DNA from: Tubiluchus corallicola
Lineage: Eukaryota; Animalia; Priapulida
Direction of reading: 5' to 3'
NCBI GenBank assembly: GCA_030141605.1
Contig: JAQGDQ010000690.1
Location: forward strand, 47,930-111,929
DNA length: 64,000 nucleotides
In this document: in pieces, positions 25,701 through 37,700 of the stretch
Layout: every line of letters starts with the position of its first letter
Position numbering within the stretch: position 1 is the first letter of the stretch
Notes under the pieces: model-generated
Databases searched by the model: none
Seen by the model: only the letters and a program-made list of their open reading frames with translations
Told to the model about the DNA's origin: nothing
Translations under genes and position numbers: made by a program

Positions 25701-28700
25701 TATTAGAAACCAAGTGCTATAAATCAATCAATTTGTTCAACATCTCAATGTTATTAATCTTTTCTTCAGTGAAAAGATAAAGCATGCATTTTAGTTATAG
25801 AAAGGCATCATCTTCTTCATTTCATTTCTAAACTCCTCCATTTTTGCTACGTACACAAACACGTTAGCCAGTGAATTGCAGTGTACTGGTAGAAGAAACC
25901 AGTAATAGTTGTTTGCATTAACCATCTTTGTTTCACCGTGAACACACAACATAAAAATCGCGACCATAGTTGGTGTGTAGCACACGAAAAACAACGCTAC
26001 TATGGTGGCGACAGTCTTCACAGGTTTAAGTTTTGCTTGCAGTGATGCCTGTCTAGTCACAGTGCTGTCGGCTGCCACATGTGTCGAATTTTCTATTTCC
26101 CGGACTTGCTTCAATGCAGTTTTTAAGATAGTGATGTAGGCGTGGAAAAATGAAATTAATATCGCTGGAAATACAGTCACCGAGCAGTAAAACACGTACT
26201 TTGAATATAATCCATGAGGATTTGGTACACACTTGTATAAAATATTCCTGTCAACGATGTACAAAATTAACAAAGCACTGAATGTGGCAGTTTGATAAAT
26301 CCATGCAAAAATGAGAATGTTTCTTACACGGCGATCGGACAGCCACACATGATAGCGAAGTGGATATACAATACTAATGTATCGTTCAGCTGTAGCCAGG
26401 CAGTAACACGTGGCTGAATTACTCACACACATGTTTGGTATGACATACAGAAACACACACATTGCCAGGTTTTTCTTCTTCGGATCAACAACACTAAAGG
26501 CAATCGTTTGTAAGGTGAGACAAATTCCTGAGAACAGATCAGCTACTGACAGGTTACCCAGCGCATAATACATTGGTTTGTGTAAGCTTGGTGCCCTGGC
26601 AATCACTATGATAACGATGCTATTAGCTATAATGATGGCAATGCCTAAAATCAATGAAAAAATGTTCACACCGAGTTCAAACTTAGTACGAACTGCATCA
26701 TTGGTGAAGCTAAAAGTTGCATTCAGTTCAGGTATTCTGTCTGCCATCTCTTCACGTTATTCTAGCAAATTATGAGGGAGCTCTGCAATGATTCATCTGC
26801 ATTAATTCATAATTTTGTCTATAAACTTGGTTGTGTGCCTAGCTAATGTTGCTCGCAGACTGTCTGGGACAAAGGGGATGTCAAAAGTGCATCATCCATT
26901 CAGCAATGATTGTTTGTTTTCTAGTGCTGTTATGTTTTCATGACGCTTTGTAATTTATTTCTGTGTATTTAGCTTAATGCATGCACAAACAGTAGTACAT
27001 AAAGAAGTGAAATTTTTGTTTGCATATGTATATTGTTACTCGCAGTAGAACTGTTTGACGTTAAATTGGTAATGATTTAAATGAAACAAACACTTAGACT
27101 AATTTAAGTTGTGGGCATGTTAATTTTTACGTAATTATTTTTCTTTTGTTTAGGGTGTGTGCAGTCTTGTAAAATATGAAGTGTTTCTCTGTTAGTACTT
27201 TTGCATACTGCTTGTAACATAAATGAAGTGCTAATTACTATTTTTGAATGGGTGTTATTAAATTGTTCCTCCCGTGACAAAGTGTTGCCTACTTTCAATC
27301 TAGGAATTTCATACTTAGTTCATTATTTTCGTCACAATTTTTCTCTATTACACATGTTTTGTTTTTAGTAAGTTTAGTAGTTCAAAATTAGTACGAACTA
27401 CGTCACTGTTGCAGTTAAACGTTGCATTCATTTCTGCAAATCTGTCTACCATCTCTTCGTGTTATTCTAGTAAACTGTGTGAAGCCATGCGCGATATTCA
27501 CTTGTATTTTGAGGTTTAACGTGTATGTTTACTTAGCTAATGGTGGTTACAGGATGGCTGTGACAAAAGAGATGCCTAATGCATGATCTAATTAGTAATG
27601 ACTGTTCTTTTCTTGTGATGTTAAAATGTTTTCATGATGCTTTGTAATTTATTTCTTGATAATCAGCACTGAATTATTTGCTGTGTGTATTTAGCTTAAT
27701 GCACAAATAGTAGTACATAAATAAGTGACATTTTTGTTTGCGTATGAATATTGTAACACGCAGTAGAACTGTTTAGCATTAAATCGGTAAGGATTTAAAT
27801 GAAATAAACACTTAGACTAATTTAAGTTGTGGGCATGCTAATTTTTACGGCGGTGTGCAGTCATGTAAAACATGAAGTATTTCTGTATTAATACTTTTGC
27901 ATATTACTTGTAAAGTAAATGAAGTGCTAATTACTATTTTTGAAAGGGTGTTATTAAATTGTTCTTCCCATGACAAAGTGTTCTCTACTTTCAATCTAGG
28001 AATTTCATACTTAGTTCATTATTTTCATCACAATTTTACTGTATTACGCATGTTTTGATTTTAGTAAGTTTATTAGTTAGGTTTGTGGGAGAAAATATTA
28101 CGAATTCCTGTTTGCTATTGTTAATTTCAGTGGGTGATAATTAAATTTTGCATTAGATGTTGTGTAAGTGTTCATCTCAGTCTTATTTTGCAAAATGGGT
28201 TTTGAAGTGAGCCTAATAGTCTGTAGTGTCATCTGTACTTTTTTGTCTTGATGTTGTAAAACTTCTGAGATATTGCAAACGCAACTTATAAACAAAGTAA
28301 TGCAACCAAGGTAAAAATTCCATTTTATTCTAATTGTTGGAGTAATTGGAGTAATGTAGAGTATTTCACAACTTGTATAAAAGTTATAACGACTAATGTA
28401 GGTAGAAGTTGAGTCAAGTCCTGCATACTCATGTTGGTTTCCCATGGCTGGAATTGGTTTCTCTGATGAAATCGTCTTTGGCAATTGGGACATGAAATTT
28501 GTGCTTGTTTTGAAATATGAGCTGTGGTGTCGACATGTAGACCTATGTCATCATCTACACTTCCCAGAATGTGAAACCGTCCAATCCACCATGACCTTGA
28601 CCTTTGATTGGCATCGCTTGACCTTTGCCACTAAGCCTGCAGCAGTCCACTTGGCTACTATATTGTTATCGTTGATTATGAGAAACCAAGTGCTATAAAT

Positions 28701-31700
28701 CAGTCAATTTGTTTAACATGTCAATGTTATTAATCTTTTTCTCAGTGATAAGATAAAGTATGCATTTTATTTATAGAAAGGGATCATCTTCTTCATTTCA
28801 TTTCTAAACTCCTCCATTTTTGCTACGTACACGAACACATTAGCCAGTGAATTGCAGTGTACTGGTAGAAGAAACCAGTAATAGTTGTTTGCATTAACCA
28901 TCTTTGTTTCACCGTGAACACACAACATAAAAATCGCGACCATAGTTGGTGTGTAGCACACGAAAAACAACGCTACTATGGTGGCGACAGTCTTCACAGG
29001 TTTAAGTTTTGCTTGCAGTGATGTCACTCTAGTCACAGTGCTGTCAGATGCCGCATGTATGGAATTGTCTATTTCCCGGACTTGCTTCAATGCTGTTTTT
29101 AAGATAGTGGTGTAGGCGTAGAAAAATGAAATTAATATCACTGGAAATACAGTCACCGAGCAGTAAAACCCGAACTTTGCATATAATCCATGAGGGTGTG
29201 GCACACACTTGTATAGAATGTTCCTGTCAATGACGTACAAAATTAACAAAGTACCGAATGTGACAGTTTGATTAATCCATACAAAAATGAGAATGTTTCT
29301 TATACGGCGATCGGACAGCCAAACGTGATAGCGAAGTGGATACACGATACTAATGTATCGTTCAGCGGTAGCCAGGAAGTAACACATGGCTGAATTACTC
29401 ACACAAGCATTTGGTATGACATACAGAAACACACACATTGCCAGGTTTTTCTTCTTCGGATCAACAACACTAAAGGCAATCGTTTGTAAAGTGAGACAAA
29501 TTCCTGAGAACAGATCAGCTACTGACAGGTTACCCAGCGCATAATACATTGGTTTGTGTAAGCTTGGTGCCCTGGCAATCACTATGATAACGATGCTATT
29601 AGCTATAATGATGGCAATGCCTAAAATCAATGAAAAAATGTTCACACCGAGTTCAAAATTAGTACGAACTACATCACTGGTGAAGCTAAAAGTTGCGTTC
29701 AGTTCAGATATTCTGTCTGCCATCTCTTCATGTTATTGTAGCAAATTATGAGGGAGCTCTACAATGATTCAACTGCATTAATTCATAATTTTGTCTATAA
29801 ACTTGGTTGTGTGCCTAGCTAATGTTGCTCGCAGACTGTCTGGGACAAAGGGGATGTCAAATGTGCATCATCCATTCAGCAATGATTGTTTGTTTTCTAG
29901 TACTGTTATAAAGACGCTTTGTAATTTATTTCTGTGTGTATTTAGCTTAATGCATGCACAAACAGTAGTACATAAAGAAGTGAAATTTTTGTTTGCATAT
30001 GTATATTGTTACTCGCAGTAGAACTGTTTGACGTTAAATTGGTAATGATTTAAATGAAACAAACACTTAGACTAATTTAAGTTGTGGGCATGTTAATTTT
30101 TACGTAATTATTTTTCTTTTGTTTAAGGTGTGTGCAGTCTTGTAAAATATGAAGTGTTTCTCTTTTAGTACTTTTGCATACTGCTTGTAACATAAATGAA
30201 GTGCTAATTACTATTTTTGAATGGGTGTTATTAAATTGTTCCTCCCGTGACAAAGTGTTGCCTACTTTCAATCTAGGAATTTCATACTTAGTTCATTATT
30301 TTCGTCACAATTTTTCTCTATTACACATGTTTTGTTTTTAGTAAGTTTAGTAGTTCGAAATTAGTACGAACTACGTCACTGTTGCAGTTAAACGTTGCAT
30401 TCATTTCTGCAAATCTGTCTACCATCTCTTCGTGTTATTCTAGTAAACTGTGTGAAGCCATGCGCGATATTCACTTGTATTTTGAGGTTTAACGTGTATG
30501 TTTACTTAGCTAATGGTGGTTACAGGATGGCTGTGACAAAAGAGATGCCTAATGCATGATCTAATTAGTAATGACTGTTCTTTTCTTGTGATGTTAAAAT
30601 GTTTTCATGATGCTTTGTAATTTATTTCTTGATAATCAGCACTGAATTATTTGCTGTGTGTATTTAGCTTAATGCACAAATAGTAATACATAAATAAGTG
30701 ACATTTTTGTTTGCGTATGAATATTGTAACACGCAGTAGAACTGTTTAGCATTAAATCGGTAAGGATTTAAATGAAATAAACACTTAGACTAATTTAAGT
30801 TGTGGGCATGCTAATTTTTACGGCGGTGTGCAGTCATGTAAAACATGAAGTATTTCTGTATTAATACTTTTGCATATTACTTGTAAAGTAAATGAAGTGC
30901 TAATTACTATTTTTGAAAGGGTGTTATTAAATTGTTCTTCCCGTGACAAAGTGTTCTCTACTTTCAATCTAGGAATTTCATACTTAGTTCATATTTTCAT
31001 CACAATTTTACTGTATTACGCATGTTTTGATTTTAGTAAGTTTATTAGTTAGGTTTGTGGGAGAAAATATTACGAATTCCTGTTTGCTATTGTTAATTTC
31101 AGTGGGTGATAATTAAATTTTGCATTAGATGTTGTGTAAGTGTTCATCTAAGTCTTATTTTGCAAAATGGGTTTTGAAGTGAGCCTAATAGTCTGTAGTG
31201 TCATCTGTACTTTTTTGTCTTGATGTTGTAAAACTTCTGAGATATTGCAAACGCAACTTATAAACAAAATAATGCAACCAAGGTAAAAATTCCATTTTAT
31301 TCTAATTGTTGGAGTAATGTAGAGTATTTCACAACTTGTATAAAAGTTATAACGACTAATGTAGGTAGAAGTTGAGTCAAGTCCTGCATACTCATGTTGG
31401 TTTCCCATGGCTGGAATTGGTTTCTCTGATGAAATCGTCTTTGGCAATTGGGACATGAAATTTGTGCTTGTTTTGAAATATGAGCTGTGGTGTCGACATG
31501 TAGACCTATGTCATCATCTACACTTCCCAGAATGTGAAACCGTCCAATCCACCATGACCTTGACCTTTGATTGGCATCGCTTGACCTTTGCCACTAAGCC
31601 TGCAGCAGTCCACTTGGCTACTATATTGATATCGTTGATTATTAGAAACCAAGTGCTATAAATCAGTCCATTTGTTTAACATGTCAATGTTATTAATGTT

Positions 31701-34700
31701 TTTCTCAGTGATAAGATAAAGTATGCATTTTATTTATAGAAAGGAATCATCTTCTTTATTTCATTTCTAAACTCCTCCATTTTTGCTACGTACACGAACA
31801 CATTAGCCAGTGAATTGCAGTATGCTGGTAGAATATACCAGTGATCATTGTTTGCATTAACCATCTTTGTTTCACCGTGAACATACAACGTAACAACCTG
31901 GACCATAATTGGTGTGTAGCACACAAAAAACAATGCTACTATGGTGGCGACAGTCTTCACAGGTTTAAGTTTTGCTTGCAGTGATGTCACTCTAGTCACA
32001 GTGCTGTCAGCTGCCATATGTGTTGAATTTTCTATTTCCCGGACTTGCTTCAATGCAGTTTTTAAGATAGTGATGTAGGCGTAGAAAAATGAAATTAATA
32101 TCACTGGAAATACAGTCACCAAGCTGTAAAACCCGCACTTTGCATATAATCCATGAGGGTGTGGTACACACTTGTATAAAATATTCCCGTCAACGATGTA
32201 CAAAATTAGCAAAACACTGAATATGACAGTTTGATAAATCCATGCAAAAATGAGAATGTTTCTGATACGGCGATCGGACAGCCAAACGTGATAGCGAAGT
32301 GGATATATGATACTAATGTATCGTTCAGCTGTAGCCAGGCAGTAACACGTAGCTGAATTACCCACACAAGCATTTGGTATGACATACAGAAACACGCACA
32401 TTGTCAGGTTTTTCTTCTTCCGATCAACAACACTGAAGATAATCGTTTGTAAAGTGAGACAAATTCCTGAGAACAGATCAGCTACTGACAAGTTACCCAG
32501 TGCATAATACAATGGTTTGTGTAAGCTTGGTGCCCTGGCAATCACTATGATAACAATGCTATTAGCTATAATGATGGCAATGCCTAAAGTCAAGGAGAAA
32601 ATGTTTACACTGAGTTCGCTGGTGAAGCTAGTCGTTGCATTCATTTCAGCCAATCCGTCTGCCATCTTTTCACATTATTCTAGCTAACTGTGAGTGAGCT
32701 CTGCAGAGATTTATTGGCATTAATAGGCTAAACACGGTTGTTTGCCCAGCTAATGTTGTTTACCAGAGATGCCAAATGCATGATCTAATTAGCAATGACA
32801 GTTTCTTTTCTTGTGATGTTAAAACGTTTTCATGATACTTTGTAATTTATTTCTTGATAATCAGCACTGAATAATTTGCTGTGTGTATTTAGCTTAATGC
32901 ATGCACAAATAGTACATAAATAAGTGACATTTTTGTTTGCATATGAGTATTGTAACACGCAGTAAAACTGTTTGACATTAAATCGGTAAGGATTTAAATG
33001 AAACAAACACTTAGACTAATTTAAGTTGTGGGCATGTTAATTTTTACGGGGGTGTGCAGTCATGTAAAACATGAAGTATTTCTGTATTAGTACTTTTGCA
33101 TATTACTTGTAAAATGAATGAAGTGCTAATTACTGTTTTTGAATGGGTTTTATTAAATTGTTCTTCCCATGACAAAGTGTTCTCTACTTTCAATATAGGA
33201 ATTTCATACTTAGTTCATTATTTTCATCACAATTTTACTGTATTACACATGTTTTGATTTTAGTAAGTTTATAGTTGTAAGGTTTGTGGGAGAAAATATC
33301 ACGAATTCATAATTAAATTTTGCATTAGATGTTGTGTAAGTGTTCATCTCAGTCTTATTTTGCAAAATGGGCTTTGAAGTGAGCCTAATAGTCTGTAGTG
33401 TCATCTGTACTTTTTAGTCTTGATGTTGTAAAACTTCTAAGATATTATGAACACAATTTATAAACAAAATAATAGGAACCAAAGTAATATTCTGTTTTAT
33501 GCTAATTGTTGGAGGAGTTGGAGTAAGATGGAGTAATGTAGAGTAGTTCACAACTGTAAAAGTTATAACAACTAGTGTAGGTAGAAGTTGAGTCGTGTCG
33601 TGCATACTCATGTTGGTTTCCCATTGCTGATGAATTGGTTTCTCTGATGAACTCGTCTTTGGCATGTTTTGAAAAATGAGCTGTGGTGTCGACATGTAGA
33701 CCTATGTCATCATCTACACTTCCCAGAATGTGAATTCGCCCAATCCACTGTGACGTTGACCTTTGATTTGCATAGCTTGACCTTTGCCGCTAAGCCTGCA
33801 GCAGTCCACTTGGCTACTATATTGATATCATTGATTATTAGAAACCAAGTGCTATAAATCAGTCAATTTGTTTAACATGTCAATGTTATTAATCTTTTTC
33901 TCAGTGATAAGATAAAGTATGCATTTTATTTATAGAAAAGGATCATCTTCTTCATTTCATTTCTAAACTCCTCCATTTTTGCTACATACACGAACACATT
34001 AGCCAGTGAATTGCAGTGTACTGGTAGAAGATACCAGTAATAGTTTTTTGCATTAACCATTTTTGTTTCACCGTGAACAAACAACATAAAAATCGTGACC
34101 GTAACTGGTGTGTAGCACACGAAAAACAACGCTACTATGGTGGCGACAGTCTTCACAGGTAAGTTTTGCTTGCAGTGATGTCGCTCTAGTCACAGTGCTA
34201 TCGGCTGCCACATGTGTGGAATTTTCTATTTCCCGGACTTGCTTCAATGCAGTTTTTAAGATAGTGATGTAGGCGTAGAAAAATGAAATTAATATCACTG
34301 GAAATACAGTCACCCAGCAGTAAAACACGAACTTTGCATATAATCCATGAGGATTTGGTACACACTTGTATAAAATATTCCTGTCAAAGATGTACAAAAT
34401 TAACAAAGAACCAAATACGACAGTTTGATAAATCCATACAAAAATGAGAATGTTTCTTACACGGCGATCGGACAGCCAAACGTGATAGCGAAGTGGATAT
34501 ATGATACTAATGTATCGTTCAGCTGTAGCCAGGTAGTAACACGTAGCTGAATTACTCACACAAGCATTTGGTATGACATACAGAAACACGCACATTGTCA
34601 GATTTTTCTTCTTCGGATCAACAACACTGAAGGCAATCGTTTGAAAAGTGAGACAAATTCCTGAGACCAAATCAGCTACTGACAAGTTACCCAGTGCATA

Positions 34701-37700
34701 ATACAATGGTTTGTGTAAGCTTGGTGCCCTGGCAATCACTATGATAACAATGCTATTAGCTATAATGATGGCAATGCCTAAAATCAAAGAAAAAATGTTC
34801 ACACCGAGTTCAATATTAGTATGAACTACATCATTGGTGAAGCTAAAAGTTGCGTTCAGTTCAGGTATTCTGTCTGCCATCTCTTCACGTTATTCTAGCA
34901 AATTATGAGGGAGCTCTGCAATGATTCAACTGCATTAATTCATAATTTTGTCTATAAACTTGGTTGTGTGCCTAGCTAATGTTGCTTGCAAGCTGTCAGG
35001 GACAAAAGGGGTGTCAAGAGTGCATCATCCATTCAACAATGAATGTTTGTTTTCTAGTGCTGTTATAATGACGCTTTGTAATTTATTTCTGTGTGTATTT
35101 AGCTTAATGCATGCACAAACAGTAGTACATAAATGAGTGACATTTTTGATTGCATATGAATATTGTAACACACAGTAGCACACACACTGTGAAAGCCAAG
35201 TGTATCAAATGTCATATAATTTACGTTTTGTATAATCTTGAAAAAACAGGTACACATGAGGTAAAACAAGTTAAGTTTAATCAGCCATTCCTCTGTCTTT
35301 TGAAAAATGCAAAGATTAATTTACAAACTTGATGCAATTTTTACCTCTCTCTTACTTTGTGACGTAAATTTTAGTAAAATCTGCAACACAAGAGCATGTT
35401 TTTGCATTATGAACTTGCAAGGAAGGCATTTTCTATCAGTGAACGTTTATCCACCCTGATCTTAACCCTTGCTTGATCTTCCTTGATCTCGGTTGTTAGG
35501 AACACGTGGCAACCACTTGACAATTGTATTTATATTGTTACTTTTCCATGTTAGAAAAGAGCAGTAACCGCACGCTACAGATCATTCCATTTCTTTTTAA
35601 CTACGCATTCATCAATCTTGATCCCAATGTTTCAACAAACAAGAAAATGAACTAGGTACGATACAATAGCATGCGTTGAGAGGCGTTGTCAAGTGAACAC
35701 AAATGCATTGTCTGGTACACTTAACCTTTGACCTTTTCACGATCATCATCAATTGCTGGAAGTGAGAAAAGGCTTATTGTCCGTACATCCGTTACATCTG
35801 CAAAAATTAGGGAATTTTTTTCCCTAACTATACCGCGTAATAGTATATTAATGTAGTTCTCTTACATTTATTGTAATTATATTTGGAATGTTTTTCCTTC
35901 ACTATACCGCGTAATAGTATATTAATGTAGTTCTGTTACAATTATTGTAATTATATTTGGAATGTTTTTCCCTAACTATACCGCGTAACAGTATATTAAT
36001 GTAGTTCTCTTACAATTATTGTAATTATATTTATATTTCCTAGATATAATACATAATACTTATAAGACGATAACGCAATTTGCATTGTAAAATTTTATGC
36101 CGAAACTGATAGTAAATGACTAATTACTAAATTTCCATTAATGCAATTTTCGGTTTATTTACAGAGCGAAGCTTATGCGGAAGGATTATGTTGGGTATTG
36201 CAATATTACTATCAAGGTTGTCCGAGCTGGAAATGGTATTTTCCGTATCACTACGCGCCGTTTGCGTCTGACTTCGAGAACTTGGGTGACCTGAATATAA
36301 CCTTCGAGAAGGACACGCAACCGGTAAGTGTGTCATTGCCAGCCATTTGTGTGCTTGTACAACCCACCAGGACCACCCACAAGTCGGCACAGTAACTCTT
36401 TTCACAGTTGATGTGCAGCTGCCGTAGGTCAAATGTTAAGTGTGCCACAACAACGCATCTTAGCTACTACCATCCGTGACATGTGGGTAAAGCAAAGTAT
36501 CAGTTCTGTAACTTCAGTTGTTTCACGTGGACTTAACTTAATTATACGTTAGTCTGTTCTACCAACAACTAAGCGACACCATCTCCCAAGTTCCAGCAAG
36601 GGACCGCCTTCTACTCTTGGGAGACTTTAATGCTAGAGTGGGCAAAGACAATCTCCTCTGGGAAAACATTATTGGAAAATAGGGCATTGGTAACTGTAAT
36701 GCAAATGGACTCCTCCTCCTTGGCCTTTGTGCTGAGCATGAGCTTTTCATCACTAATACCCAATTTCGGCTCCCTAACCGTTTCAAAACAACATGGAGAC
36801 ACCCTCGGTCTAAATTATGGCATACCCTTGACTACGTCATTGTCAAACAACAGCATAAGAAGGATGTTTTGGTTACTAGGAGCTTGCCCGGTGCTGATGA
36901 CTGTTGGACAGACCACCGTCTTCTGATCAGCAAAATAAGAATGAGTCTGCATCGAAAACCAAGAACTCGCATCAACAACCAGGCTAGAAGAAGATATGAC
37001 ACCAGTAAACTAACAAGCCCAACCACGTCTCAAAACTATAGAGATGCGCTCAATCAAAAGATAACTGCAAACCAAGTTAATACCTCACTAGACTCAGAAT
37101 GGACTAATCTACGCACGGCTATGGAAGAGGCAGCCCAAGGCACAATTGGACTCCAAGAAAGGAAGCATCAAGACTGGTTTGACTCCCATGACCAAGAAAT
37201 CGCTGCTCTCATTGATGCCAAGCGAAAAGCCAGGATAGACCATGAGCAGCATCCCATGTCATTCGAGAAGAAAGTCAGGTTCCAACAACTGAAAAGCCAA
37301 TGTCAGTCCAGAATGAGGGAGCTCCAAAACAACTGGTGGCAACAGAAGGCAGAAGAACTTCAACATCATGCAGATTGCAGAGACCTTAGAAGTTTCTACG
37401 TAGGCACCAAGGAGAGCTATGGTCCTAGAAGAACATCAGTGGGAACTCTTATGTCAGCCGACAACACCACCCTCCTGACCGAGAGCCAAGATATTCTGGA
37501 ACGATGGAAACAGCACTTTAATACCTTGCTAAACCGGAACTCAACGACAGCAGCTGACTTCCTAAGGAATGTTCCACAGCATCCCCTGCAACCCCAGTTA
37601 TCGGTTCCACCCAACTTTATTGAGTTTGAAACAGCCATTAAGCGTATGCCTCGAGGGAAGGCTGCTGGACCCGACAATATCCAAGTGGAACTCATCAGTC

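Noticed and set aside
19638-29751. Repeated plus-strand [11 protein letters not shown]... ORFs
   Set aside because: Antisense shadows of the GPCR TM1 region.
18854-34880. Naming the GPCRs as olfactory, melanocortin, adenosine or cannabinoid receptors
   Set aside because: Motifs are shared among these groups and diagnostic residues are missing; orthology needs a phylogeny.
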